A stretch of 64,000 nt of DNA from Planctomycetota bacterium (GCA_024279275.1 JAJRRS010000128.1:2121-66120), one strand, 5' to 3'. Positions 1-8,988 are shown, counted from the stretch's first letter. The notes: generated from the sequence alone by a model not told the origin. Program-made: numbers and translations.

Positions 1-130
1 TTTCGCAGATGACGCAGATTTCAGAGAGCCACACCCGGACACACCCTCTTTATCATCTGCGTAATCTGCGGATAACTCCTACTCCCTTCGATCGTCTCCG
101 TGCCTCTGTGACTCCGTGCGCTCTGTGTTT
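1..130. repeat. Interspersed repeat modules E (ATCTGCG iterons: inverted copy 4-20, direct copy 52-74) and G (CTCYGTG 8-mers, 96-127)
   Basis: The same strings recur at 15351-15401, 15580-15629, 36811-36893 and 37533-37563. Confidence 0.8.
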
Positions 131-197
131 GACTTGTTTTTTGCCAGCTTCTTTTCCGATTCACGACACATCGACTCCACCAGCCGGCCTCCCCCCA

Positions 198-713
198 TCA
201 CCCACCCGCACCTTCCCCCTCATCCTGCCGATTCGCCATCTGATTATTCAACGTCAGCAGCGCACTCTTATCATCCCCCACAAAACGCACCAGCCCCAGC
301 GTCTCCTCCATCGTCTTCTCCTCCTCGACCTGCTCATCCAGGAACCATTGCAGATGGCTCAGCGTCGCGTAGTCGTTCATCTCCTTGGCCAGCGCGTAGA
401 CACTGTTGATCGAGGCGGTGTTAGCCTGCTCCATCGCAAGAGCCGCCTCAAAAACCTGTGCGACCGAATCAAATTTAGCTGACGGCTTGGGGATCGCTTC
501 CAACTCGACCACCCCACCGCGATCCGACAGGTACTTGAACAGTTTGGAGGCGTGAGCCAGCTCTTCCTCATGCTGCTTCTGCATCCAGAAAGCGAACCCC
601 GCCAGATTGATCTGATCGAAGTACACCACCATCGCCAGGTAGTTGTACGCGGCGGTCATCTCGTGGTTGATCTGTTTATTGATCGCGGCTTGTATTTTCG
701 GGTCGATGGCCAA
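198..713 (-). CDS. Ferritin-like iron storage protein
   Basis: The ORF 198..764 translation has ferritin four-helix motifs (INHEMTAAYNYLAMVVYF, EEELAHASKLFKYL, WFLDEQVEEE). I prefer the TTG start at 713, preceded by an AGGAAGGA RBS. The ATG at 764 is the alternative. Confidence 0.85.
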   Translation of the reverse strand: MAIDPKIQAAINKQINHEMTAAYNYLAMVVYFDQINLAGFAFWMQKQHEEELAHASKLFKYLSDRGGVVELEAIPKPSAKFDSVAQVFEAALAMEQANTASINSVYALAKEMNDYATLSHLQWFLDEQVEEEKTMEETLGLVRFVGDDKSALLTLNNQMANRQDEGEGAGG

Positions 714-797
714 AATGAATTCCTTCCTGATTGCCTCCCCCGCCGCCGCGTGATTACAACACACAGCACCGGGGCTTTACCTTACACTTATCGGCAG

Positions 798-1220
798 ATG
801 AACAGACCAACACAAGAAGATGGCCGGGTCCACGGCGTAATCATAGGCTGCCAACGCGACGACGGCCGATGGCTGATGATCCGACGAAGTAAAAACGTCG
901 CCGCACCCCTGAAAGTCTGCTTCCCAGGCGGAGCCGTCGAAACAGGTGAAGATCGTGATGCCGCAGCGCTGCGTGAAATGCACGAAGAAGTAGGCCTGAC
1001 CGTCGAACTTATCGCCCAGGTCTGGCGTCACGACTTCACGGACCGTGCATTAACGCTGTACGGCTACCTGGCGAAGCTCAATGACCAGGCCCCACGCCCC
1101 TGTGCCCACGAGGTCGCTGAGATTATGTGGCTGACCACACAAGAAGCCGGCACACACCCCGACGCCATGCCCATGACCGACCGCTTTGTCGCCGCCTTGG
1201 AACAAGCTGTCGTTAAGTAA
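798..1220 (+). CDS. NUDIX hydrolase
   Basis: Nudix box GGAVETGEDRDAAALREMHEEVGL. I chose the ATG at 798 because the 5-prime part of ORF 552..1220 is antisense to the ferritin gene. Confidence 0.8.
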   Translation: MNRPTQEDGRVHGVIIGCQRDDGRWLMIRRSKNVAAPLKVCFPGGAVETGEDRDAAALREMHEEVGLTVELIAQVWRHDFTDRALTLYGYLAKLNDQAPRPCAHEVAEIMWLTTQEAGTHPDAMPMTDRFVAALEQAVVK

Positions 1221-1255
1221 TACGGATTCCATTAAATACATGGGCGGTCGTTTGA

Positions 1256-1284
1256 CCCTCAGCCCCCGGCTTTGCCGGGGGATT
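1256..1284 (+). repeat. Repeat module I: CCCTCAGCCCCCGGCTTTGCCGGGGGATT (hairpin CCCCCGGC/GCCGGGGG)
   Basis: An identical 29-mer occurs at 6556-6584. Confidence 0.85.
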
Positions 1285-1346
1285 GGCTTGGTAATGGGCA
1301 CGAGTTTTTATCGTCATGCGTATAAGTACCGCAACACAGCCGTTTG

Positions 1347-1388
1347 CCGTTTAGCGGCGGATCGCAGATCCGCGCGTTAGCCCAACGG
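1347..1388 (+). repeat. REP-like module J: CCGTTTAGC + hairpin GCGGATC-GCA-GATCCGC + GCGTTAGCC
   Basis: A near-identical copy lies at 9581-9621. It shares the 5-prime GTTTAGC with modules C and L. Confidence 0.85.
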
Positions 1389-1485
1389 GCCAAACTTTCC
1401 CAACGCAGACCATGTGCCGGGGTTGAACGCACGAGTATTTACAGGCCCCCGTATATTCACACCCACCCACCCCCCCCCCACAATT

Positions 1486-1911
1486 TCAAGACCCATCACC
1501 AAGCCCAAACACCGGGGGCATGTTTTTAAGCTGCTGAATCAGATCTTCACTCGCCCCGGGGATCTCAACAAAGTGCCTGATATCCTTCTCGAACTGCTCG
1601 TTGATATTTTTGGATTTCACCCGGTACTTGCTGATCGTCTCGGCCTGCTCTTTATCCGTGATCGCTTTCATCTTTGGAATCAGGTCACGCATATCCTGCA
1701 CGATCAGCAACACCTGCGGCGCCACCGCCTTCGCCTCCGCCTCGCTCTGAACATCGGCCAAAAGCTTGCCGATCTTCTCGACATTCGCCAGGTAAGACTC
1801 CATCACACGATCCGCATCCGTCGTGGCAGGGGGGTTCTCACGGTCGCCCCGGCAACCCGGCAGCAGGCTCATCACCAGGATCAAGGCAATCAGGGGCAGG
1901 TTTTTTTTCAT
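1486..1911 (-). CDS. Hypothetical lipoprotein
   Basis: The internal ATG at 1911 gives MKKNLPLIALILVMSLLPGC, a signal peptide plus lipobox Cys. I recognise no other family. Confidence 0.6.
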   Translation of the reverse strand: MKKNLPLIALILVMSLLPGCRGDRENPPATTDADRVMESYLANVEKIGKLLADVQSEAEAKAVAPQVLLIVQDMRDLIPKMKAITDKEQAETISKYRVKSKNINEQFEKDIRHFVEIPGASEDLIQQLKNMPPVFGLGDGS

Positions 1912-1954
1912 GGTATGTGTCTCCCTGCAAAGATCGGCGTTAATCGGTGTTCGC

Positions 1955-1984
1955 AATAAAAAACCCCAGGTGCGATACCTGGGG
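1955..1984 (-). terminator. Rho-independent terminator downstream of fba
   Basis: The minus strand reads CCCCAGGT-ATCGC-ACCTGGGG followed by TTTTTTATT, about 60 nt after the fba stop. Confidence 0.7.
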
Positions 1985-2041
1985 TTGGGGGTGTAGTGTA
2001 ATCCTAGCCATTAAGACCGGGGGTATCCGGGGGCCGGGGCT

Positions 2042-3094
2042 TTAGACGCCGACCGGAACCTGCGCCAGCAGGCTCTTACCTACGCTGTGTAGATCGACGC
2101 AGGCCTCCTTGACGCGGTCACACATGGCCTGCTCGCCAGCCTTCATCCATGCACGGGGGTCGTACAGCTTCTTGTTGCCGACCTCGCCGTCGATCTTCAG
2201 GACGGCGTCGTAGTTCTTCATCATGTGATCAGCAACGGCGCGGGTGAAGGCGTACTGGGTATCGGTATCGACGTTCATCTTGACCACGCCGTAGCCCAGG
2301 GTTTCTTCGATCTGGGCCTTCTCGGAGCCGGAGCCGCCGTGGAAAACCAGCCAGAACTTGGCGTCTTCGCCGTAGACTGTCTTAAGTGCGTCCTGACCCT
2401 GCTTGAGGATCTCAGGACGGAGCTTCACCGCACCGGGCTTGTAAGCACCGTGCACGTTGCCGAACGTCGCCGCGAACATGTACTTGCCGTCCTTCACTTC
2501 GCCCAGACGACGGTAAACCTCGACCATGTCTTCGGGAGTCGTGTAGAGCTTGTCTTCGGGGGTGTCTTCAGTACCTGCGGCACCGTCTTCTTCGCCGCCC
2601 ACCACGCCGGCCTCGACCTCAAGAATCTGCCCGATCTTGCTCATACGCTCAAGCAACGGCACCGCTACATCCATGTTCTCCTTCAAAGGCGAACCCGAAC
2701 CGTCCATCATGTGACTCGAGAACAACGGCAGCTTCCCAGCAGCCACGCGGCGCTCCGACTCTTCGATCAGCGGGATCAGGAATTCATCAACCTTGTCAGG
2801 CTGGCAGTGGTCGGTGTGCAGCACGATGTAGACGTTGTACTTCTCAGCCATCCGGTGGATGTGCTCAGCGATGCTGATCGCACCTTGAACCATGTCCTTG
2901 ACGCCCAGCCCCGACGCAAACGCCCCGCCGCCGGTGGAGACCTGGATCATGCCGTCGCTCTTGCAGTCGGCGAAGGCCTTGAGGGCCGCGTTGGCGGTGA
3001 CATCGCTGGACACGTTGATCGCCGGGAACGCAAACTTATTTTCATAAGCATTGTCCAGCATCTTGCAGTAGGTTTTGTAGTCGGCTACGGGCAT
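2042..3094 (-). CDS. fba: Fructose-bisphosphate aldolase, class II
   Basis: MPVADYKTYCKMLDNAYENKFAFPAINV..., VLHTDHC and LVFHGGSGS motifs. The ATG at 3094 is preceded by an AAGGAAAGAGG RBS. The longer ORF to 3364 is rejected. Confidence 0.95.
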   Translation of the reverse strand: MPVADYKTYCKMLDNAYENKFAFPAINVSSDVTANAALKAFADCKSDGMIQVSTGGGAFASGLGVKDMVQGAISIAEHIHRMAEKYNVYIVLHTDHCQPDKVDEFLIPLIEESERRVAAGKLPLFSSHMMDGSGSPLKENMDVAVPLLERMSKIGQILEVEAGVVGGEEDGAAGTEDTPEDKLYTTPEDMVEVYRRLGEVKDGKYMFAATFGNVHGAYKPGAVKLRPEILKQGQDALKTVYGEDAKFWLVFHGGSGSEKAQIEETLGYGVVKMNVDTDTQYAFTRAVADHMMKNYDAVLKIDGEVGNKKLYDPRAWMKAGEQAMCDRVKEACVDLHSVGKSLLAQVPVGV

Positions 3095-3306
3095 GGTGGC
3101 GCCTCTTTCCTTTAGTCGGATCAGGTTGGATGGGGAAAACGGTTGGTTCGCCGACCCGTGCGGTCGGCGGCACTCCGTGCGGGATCGGCTCCCGAGCGAA
3201 GAACAGCAGTATAGCAGCCCAAAACCCATCGGCCAAACCCGTCCGAACATTGCCAGGCCGACGAATATGTAACAAATGAAACCAACCGACGGAACATGAA
3301 GATTCA

Positions 3307-3436
3307 GCCACAAAAAGGCACAAAAAACACAAAAGAAGAGGATGCGTGTCAACCGATTCGCCACAAATAATAAAATCTAACCGCCCAGACACAACGATCC
3401 CCTCTGTGCATTTTGTGCCTCTTCGTGGCTACTCCC
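3307..3436. repeat. Inverted pair of module H (TTGTGCCTTTTTGTGGC family)
   Basis: 3307-3323 is the exact reverse complement of 6618-6634. A direct-orientation copy lies at 3405-3436. Further copies are at 6616-6640 and 37590-37612. Confidence 0.75.
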
Positions 3437-3510
3437 CTCTGACCAATCCGCTTCACTACCAAGCCAACCACCCGCTTCCCTCACACCCACCTTTGAGCTA
3501 CAAACCCCCT

Positions 3511-4779
3511 ATGGCTAAATCCCCCCCACGCTCTGTCACCTTCCCCAAAGGCTTCCGCGCCGCCGGCACAACCTGCGGCATCAAGCCCTCCGGCAAGCCG
3601 GATATGGCCCTCATACTCGCCGACCGCCCCTGCGCCGCCGCAGCCGTCTTCACCAAAAACCGCCTACCCGGCGCTCCGGTCATCGCTGGCAAACGACACC
3701 TACGCAACGGCTGCGCCCAGGCCATCGTCATCAACTCAGGCATCGCCAACGACGCCACAGGCCAAGAGGGTGTCGACAACGCCATCGCCACCTGCAAACT
3801 CCTCGCCCAACAGCTCGCCGACCAAGGCACCCCCGGCACCCCCGGCACCCCCATCCCCTTCCGCGACATCGTCCCAAGCTCCACCGGCCTGATCGGCCCA
3901 CAACTCCCCATGGACAAAATCGCACGCGGCATCACACAACTCGTCAAAAAACTCGCCCGCAACCCCAAAGCAGACGCCGACGCAGCACGCGGCATCATGA
4001 CCACCGACCTCACACCCAAATCCGCCAACGCATCACTCAAACTAAACAACAAAACCATCCGCCTCGGCGGCATCGCCAAGGGCAGCGGCATGATCGCGCC
4101 CAACCTCGCCACCATGCTCGTCTTTATCACCACCGACGCCGCCATCACCCCCCCCATGCTCAAACTCGCACTCCGCAAAGCAGCCGCCGTCAGCTTCAAC
4201 CGCATCAGCGTCGATCAGCACACCAGCCCCAGCGACACCGTCGCCATCCTCGCCTCAGGACTCGCCAACAACCCCACCCTCACACGCCCCGGCAAAGCCC
4301 TCAATCAATTCACAGAAAAACTCACCACCCTATGCAATAACCTGGCCTATCAGATCGTCAAAGATGGAGAAGGCGCGACGCGGGTGTTCCACGTCGCCGT
4401 GACCGGCGCACGCTCCGAACGCCACGCCGACAAGGTCGCCAAAGCCGTCGTCGATTCCCCCCTGGTCAAAACAGCCGTCCACGGCTGCGACCCCAACTGG
4501 GGCCGAATTGTCACCGCCGCCGGCTACTCAGGAGCACCCATCAACCCCAACAAGCTCTCTCTCACCATCGGCAAAACCCCTGCCCAACAGGTCCGAGTCT
4601 TCACCAAAGGCATCCCCACCAAGCTGACCCCCACCCAGAAACGCCGTTTACACACCGCTATGCAGCAAAAAGACGTCTACTTCAACCTCGACCTCGCCCA
4701 AGGCCAAGCCGCCGTAAACTGGCTGGGCTGCGACCTCAGCCGCGAATATATAAGGATCAACGCCGATTACACGACGTGA
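3511..4779 (+). CDS. argJ: Bifunctional ornithine acetyltransferase / N-acetylglutamate synthase ArgJ
   Basis: FPKGFRAAGTTCGIKPSGKPDMALI and the autoprocessing site PNLATMLVFITTDA. The ATG at 3511 gives a 422-aa product, typical for ArgJ. Confidence 0.95.
   Translation: MAKSPPRSVTFPKGFRAAGTTCGIKPSGKPDMALILADRPCAAAAVFTKNRLPGAPVIAGKRHLRNGCAQAIVINSGIANDATGQEGVDNAIATCKLLAQQLADQGTPGTPGTPIPFRDIVPSSTGLIGPQLPMDKIARGITQLVKKLARNPKADADAARGIMTTDLTPKSANASLKLNNKTIRLGGIAKGSGMIAPNLATMLVFITTDAAITPPMLKLALRKAAAVSFNRISVDQHTSPSDTVAILASGLANNPTLTRPGKALNQFTEKLTTLCNNLAYQIVKDGEGATRVFHVAVTGARSERHADKVAKAVVDSPLVKTAVHGCDPNWGRIVTAAGYSGAPINPNKLSLTIGKTPAQQVRVFTKGIPTKLTPTQKRRLHTAMQQKDVYFNLDLAQGQAAVNWLGCDLSREYIRINADYTT
3826..3852 (+). 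repeat. 9-bp tandem repeat GGCACCCCC x3 inside argJ (encodes GTPGTPGTP)
   Basis: Read directly from the sequence. The reverse complement is GGGGGTGCC, related to the GGGGGAACC repeats at 20469 and 41382. Confidence 0.9.
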
Positions 4780-4788
4780 GGGGAAAAG

Positions 4789-4936
4789 TGGGGTCTAGGG
4801 TCTGGGGTTCAGGGTCTGGCCGGAAGATGGGGTCCAGGGTCTAGTGAAGAACACCCGCTTCCTCTTCTTTTCTGGCTAGACCCCAGCCCCCAGACCCCAG
4901 ACCCAATCCCCCGGCCCCCAGACCCTAGACCCCCAA
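4789..4936. repeat. Module K: long imperfect hairpin built from GGGTCTRGGG units (left arm 4789-4845, right arm 4875-4936)
   Basis: TGGGGTCTAGGGTCTGGGGT pairs with CCCCCAGACCCTAGACCCCC. A related element with the same CGGAAG centre lies at 27950-28047. Confidence 0.8.
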
Positions 4937-5064
4937 CCTTTTGACACCCCCCCCGCCCCCGGTTACGCTTTTAATGCTGAAAAGCCGACATCCAAAGTGC
5001 GATAACTATGTGAACGAGACTTGTCCCGTGGGGACACCCAACTTTCAGTTCAGGGAGTAGTGCA

Positions 5065-6420
5065 ATGACAGCGACCACCCGACTCTTGACCGCCCTCGCA
5101 GCCTCAGCCATCACACTCGTAGGTTTCACCCCCACGCCCGTCTCCGCCGGCACCTTTGCGACCAACCAACACGAATTCATCCATCGACGCGCAGGCAAAA
5201 CGACTCCGGAAGCCCGCTCAGTCGGGAGTATCGTCGGAGGCTGGACAGAAACAGGGGGCTTTATTGCCCGAGGCTCGGGCGTATTGATCGGTGGTCGCTA
5301 TGTGCTCACCGCAGCCCACCTGGTCGACGACATGACCCCGGGGGCCACATTCACAATCAACGGCCAGAACTACGGCATGCAGCGATGGGTCGTGTCCAAC
5401 CGATTTTATAGCAGGGACCCAACAACCGGAAATCCCGACGCGAGAGCTTTTGGCGTCGGCGGCGACCTGGCCTTGGTTCAACTTGACCGCCGAGTGGTTG
5501 GTGCTCGCAATCTCAGAGCCAAGATGAATACCAGGCGAAATGAAGCCGGCAAGACCGCGACCATCGTCGGCTTCGGAAGGGGCGGCGATGGGGCCGTAGG
5601 GATCAACACCCCGGCCCCGGGTACAGGCGCACTCATACCCGATACCCCCGTCCCTAATGAAGCTGGTTTTGGCACAGACGATGCTGGGGTCTGGAACTTT
5701 CAGCCGGTCAAACGTGCTGGCAAAAACGTGGTCGAGGCGCACAGCCCCTTTGCACGCAGGACCAATCGCGAACTGGTGACCGACTTCGATGCGGCCCCCG
5801 ATCAACTCCCCGCACTTGCCGCGGCCGGTCTGCAGCCGCCCCAGTTTGACCCGTTCACCGGCACCTACAATATCGACGAGGACGATATCCCCATCAGCAA
5901 CGAGTTTGCACCGTCGGTGGGTGACAGCGGAGGCGGTCTGTTCATCAACGGCAAACTGGCCGGCATCACCTCCTGGACCACACGCGCAAACTCCGAGTTC
6001 TTCAGCCAAGCCAACTACACCCGCCTCTCACGTGGCGGATGGAGGTGGGCACGCGACAACATCAGGGCCTTCAACAACTTTCTGGCCAACCCCAACCCCG
6101 AACCTTGGAGGACCGTTGCCAAAGGCGGCAGCGGTTTCCGTGGTGTCGCAAAAATCTTTGCTGCAGCGGATGTAGGCGATGGGTCGGTGATTGCCCAAGG
6201 GGACACCATCAACATCTTCGGCCCCAGACTCTTTTTTGACGAGACGGGCGCAAAATTCACCGTTGAAATGGATGTAAGTAATCGCTTCATCTTTAACGAC
6301 CTCAATGCCGACCCCGCGCCTCTTTCCGATCTGATCGCAAATAACACCGTCCCCGAACCCGCCAGCCTCGCGCTACTAACCCTCGGCGGACTCACCCTCC
6401 TCCGACGCAAACGACGCTGA
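5065..6420 (+). CDS. Secreted trypsin-like (S1) serine protease with PEP-CTERM anchor
   Basis: Signal peptide, then triad contexts LTAAHL, GGDLALVQL and GDSGGGLF. The C-terminus is VPEPASLALLTLGGLTLLRRKRR. Confidence 0.85.
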   Translation: MTATTRLLTALAASAITLVGFTPTPVSAGTFATNQHEFIHRRAGKTTPEARSVGSIVGGWTETGGFIARGSGVLIGGRYVLTAAHLVDDMTPGATFTINGQNYGMQRWVVSNRFYSRDPTTGNPDARAFGVGGDLALVQLDRRVVGARNLRAKMNTRRNEAGKTATIVGFGRGGDGAVGINTPAPGTGALIPDTPVPNEAGFGTDDAGVWNFQPVKRAGKNVVEAHSPFARRTNRELVTDFDAAPDQLPALAAAGLQPPQFDPFTGTYNIDEDDIPISNEFAPSVGDSGGGLFINGKLAGITSWTTRANSEFFSQANYTRLSRGGWRWARDNIRAFNNFLANPNPEPWRTVAKGGSGFRGVAKIFAAADVGDGSVIAQGDTINIFGPRLFFDETGAKFTVEMDVSNRFIFNDLNADPAPLSDLIANNTVPEPASLALLTLGGLTLLRRKRR

Positions 6421-6430
6421 ACCCGACTCC

Positions 6431-6466
6431 CCGGGAACTCCGGAAATTCCGGGAACTCCGGGGGGG
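6431..6466 (+). repeat. 9-nt periodic repeat CCGGRAAYT x4 immediately after the protease stop
   Basis: The units are CCGGGAACT, CCGGAAATT, CCGGGAACT and CCGGGGGGG. Confidence 0.7.
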
Positions 6467-6500
6467 AGCGATCGCAAAACTAAATAACCCATAACCAAAC

Positions 6501-6529
6501 AACCGGCCAGTCCCCCCGACTGGCCGGTT
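6501..6529 (+). terminator. Strong stem-loop, candidate terminator of the protease gene
   Basis: AACCGGCCAGTC-CCCCC-GACTGGCCGGTT forms a 12-bp perfect stem, followed by GCTTATTAATT, which is a weak U-tract. Confidence 0.45.
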
Positions 6530-6555
6530 GCTTATTAATTCAGCCTTCCCATTCT

Positions 6556-6640
6556 CCCTCAGCCCCCGGCTTTGCCGGGGGATTCCCCGGTCCATTCTCC
6601 GGAGGATTCGCATATCTTGTGCCTTTTTGTGGCTACTCCC
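6556..6640 (+). repeat. Module I (6556-6584) followed by module H (6616-6640)
   Basis: Exact or near-exact matches to 1256-1284 and 3405-3436. Confidence 0.85.
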
Positions 6641-6672
6641 GGTTCCCTCCGGCCACCCCCGGCTTCCCCCAT

Positions 6673-7401
6673 CTACCCCCGCTTCACAATCATCGCCAGC
6701 CCAAGCCCCATCAAAACCAGACTCGCCGGCTCAGGCACAAACGTCGTATTAATCGTCAACGCATCCTTGCTGATCGTCGCCATCCCCCCCACCGCCGCAC
6801 TGGCAATCAAGTTGTTATCCATCGCGACGATCACATACGTCGTCTGGATACCCAGGTCAGCCAGGTCGATCAACGCCGCACCCAGCCAAGAGCCACTACC
6901 CGGGCCGTCAACCGGGAACACCGCCGCAGGCGCGGGGATCCCACCCGGGCTGATGACCATGTGAATCGGCTCTGCAAGCGTAATGAATTGTTGTGTCAGA
7001 TCGTCAAAGTACCGCACCGTCAAAGCCCCAGCCGCCGACACGCTCCCGCCTCCAACAATATCGTAGACCCCAGACTCAAAGATCGACAGCGTCCCGATAA
7101 ACAGCCCCGGGGCCGCATCAAACGTAAACTCCAACGCACCCGCTGTCAGGTCGGAGCTGTTATCACTGGCGCTCGCGGTGAACGAAGGCATGGCAAACGT
7201 CATCACATTGCCCGCCCCCGCAGAAGGTGTGCCGTACATCGGCAACGGATCGGTGATCGAGGTCTCGACAATATTGTCATACACCCCATCCGCCACCACG
7301 ACCGCCCCGGGATGCGCCAGGCTCGCTGCCGAAGCACACACAGCCCCCCCAAGCAACGCAGCAGCAGCCATCACACACTGTCCAGACTTGAACCTCAGCA
7401 T
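6673..7401 (-). CDS. PEP-CTERM sorting-domain secreted protein, function unknown
   Basis: The ATG at 7401 follows a GGGAGAAAGGGAAAG RBS. There is a signal peptide, and the C-terminus is VPEPASLVLMGLGLAMIVKRG. Confidence 0.75.
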   Translation of the reverse strand: MLRFKSGQCVMAAAALLGGAVCASAASLAHPGAVVVADGVYDNIVETSITDPLPMYGTPSAGAGNVMTFAMPSFTASASDNSSDLTAGALEFTFDAAPGLFIGTLSIFESGVYDIVGGGSVSAAGALTVRYFDDLTQQFITLAEPIHMVISPGGIPAPAAVFPVDGPGSGSWLGAALIDLADLGIQTTYVIVAMDNNLIASAAVGGMATISKDALTINTTFVPEPASLVLMGLGLAMIVKRG

Positions 7402-7644
7402 CAATTCTTTCCCTTTCTCCCATCCGCCCCATCGAACCCTCAGCCCCGACCCCCAGCACCCACCGGCCAAACAAAACCGGTGCAGATGAAATCTATCCCA
7501 CGCCCATAGGGAAGCTACTTGACTGTCATTTTTGGATGTAAATTGCCCCGATCTAATCGTTACAGATGGACCGCCCAGGAAATAATCATTGACCCGGTCG
7601 CGTAATCAGGGGTATACAGGGTCAACCTTAGCGGAACCTATCCC

Positions 7645-8988
7645 ATGAGAAAGACCGACAAGCCGATCATTGCCCTCACCGCCGTACTGATCCTCATCCT
7701 CACCGCCGCCCTTCTCATCAAAGCCGCCCCCACCTCCACCCCCAACGCCGCCCCTGAGCAACGCGAAGGCTCGGATATCCCCTCCCCCACATCATCAATC
7801 ATAAATCAAAAATCAGAAATCTCCCCCCCCTCCACCACCCTCGCCCCCAACGCCGTCCGCGGCGTCAACTACGCCCACATCCACCGCAACAACAAAGGCT
7901 ACGGCTCGGACGCCTCCAAACGCGAACTCACCAACCTACAAAACCTCGGCATCGACTGGATCGCAATCACACCCTTCGGCTACCAAAGCTCCGCCGACCA
8001 AAACCAGATCGCAGGCTACGACCCCAACCAACCCCTCTCCGCGTTTACCACAACCCCTCCCCCGTTTAGCCCGGTCGCCCGCGACCGGTCCCCTTCCCCA
8101 CTTCATCAATCAGCACTCACACATCAAACCTCCCCCCGCCCCTCCTCCACATCAGCACTCAGCACTCACACCTCAGCACTCACCCCCCGCCCCGGCCAAG
8201 ACCGCTCACTCACCGACCGCCACCTCGCCGAGCAAGTCGCCGCCGCACACCGGCTCGGCGTCAAAGTCCTCATCAAGCCTCACATCTGGTCACGCGACTT
8301 CTGGAACGGCGACGCCTGGCACGGCACCATCGAACAAAACTCACCCAAAGACCACGAATCCTGGCGAAAATCCTACCTACGATTCATCCTGCACCACGCA
8401 CAACTCGCCCAAGACACAAACGCCGAAGCTCTATGCATCGGCACCGAACTCATCAGCCAGACCACCCACCACCCCGACGACTGGCTCACACTCATACGCG
8501 AAGTCAAAAAAATCTACTCTGGCAAACTCACCTACGCCGCACACTGGGATCAGGAGTTCCAGGCCATCACCTTCTGGGACCAACTCGACGCCATCGGCAT
8601 CAGCGCCTACTTCCCACTGGATGCACCCGACAACGCAACCGTCAAACAACTCGTCGATGCCTGGCAACCTCACAAAAAACGGATCGAAGCGGCACACACC
8701 CTCTACAACAAGCCCGTCGTCTTCCTGGAAATAGGCTACCGCCCCGCCACAGGCACCTACCGCCAACCCTGGCTCGACCGCGGCGGCCAACCCGATCCCA
8801 TCGCACAGGCACGCGCCTACGAAGCCCTCTTCCAAACCTACGCCGACGAACCCTGGTGGCACGGCCTGTTCATCTGGAAAGTCTTCACCGACGCCCAAAG
8901 AAGCGATCACCACGGTACCGGCCCCGGCTACTCCTTCAGAAACCAACCCGCCGAGCAAGTCATCCAACAATGGTTCCGCCAACCCTGA
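7645..8988 (+). CDS. Membrane-anchored TIM-barrel glycoside-hydrolase-like protein (clan GH-A / GH113-like) carrying in-frame repeat insertions
   Basis: N-terminal TM helix, then GVNYAHIH..GYGS, WIAITPFGYQ, VLIKPHIW, CIGTELI, LTYAAHWDQE and FLEIGY motifs. The family assignment is by recollection only. Confidence 0.6.
   Translation: MRKTDKPIIALTAVLILILTAALLIKAAPTSTPNAAPEQREGSDIPSPTSSIINQKSEISPPSTTLAPNAVRGVNYAHIHRNNKGYGSDASKRELTNLQNLGIDWIAITPFGYQSSADQNQIAGYDPNQPLSAFTTTPPPFSPVARDRSPSPLHQSALTHQTSPRPSSTSALSTHTSALTPRPGQDRSLTDRHLAEQVAAAHRLGVKVLIKPHIWSRDFWNGDAWHGTIEQNSPKDHESWRKSYLRFILHHAQLAQDTNAEALCIGTELISQTTHHPDDWLTLIREVKKIYSGKLTYAAHWDQEFQAITFWDQLDAIGISAYFPLDAPDNATVKQLVDAWQPHKKRIEAAHTLYNKPVVFLEIGYRPATGTYRQPWLDRGGQPDPIAQARAYEALFQTYADEPWWHGLFIWKVFTDAQRSDHHGTGPGYSFRNQPAEQVIQQWFRQP
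7744..7821 (+). repeat. Module A variant (7744-7782) plus heptad module D (7788-7821) inside the CDS
   Basis: AACGCCGCCCCTGAGCAACGCGAAGGCTCGGATATCCCC and CACATCATCAATCATAAATCAAAAATCAGAAATC translate in frame as NAAPEQREGSDIPSPTSSIINQKSEI. Confidence 0.85.
8051..8200 (+). repeat. Module C REP (8064-8088) plus D-type heptads (8098-8192) inside the CDS
   Basis: GTTTAGCCCGGTCGCCCGCGACCGG followed by CAGCACT heptads translates in frame as PFSPVARDRSPSPLHQSALTHQTSPRPSSTSALSTHTSALTP. Confidence 0.85.

Noticed and set aside
2225-3115. A 296-aa plus-strand ORF opposite fba. Similar antisense ORFs lie at 26674-27414, 28660-29421, 41616-42614, 48290-49186 and 6619-7509.
   Set aside because: Each overlaps a conserved gene on the other strand and has no motifs of its own.
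552-3510. Long N-terminal extensions offered by the ORF track for the Nudix (552), fba (3364) and argJ (3346) genes.
   Set aside because: The extensions overlap neighbouring genes or repeat modules and lack homology-like sequence. Internal ATGs at 798, 3094 and 3511 give canonical N-termini, and fba has a good RBS.
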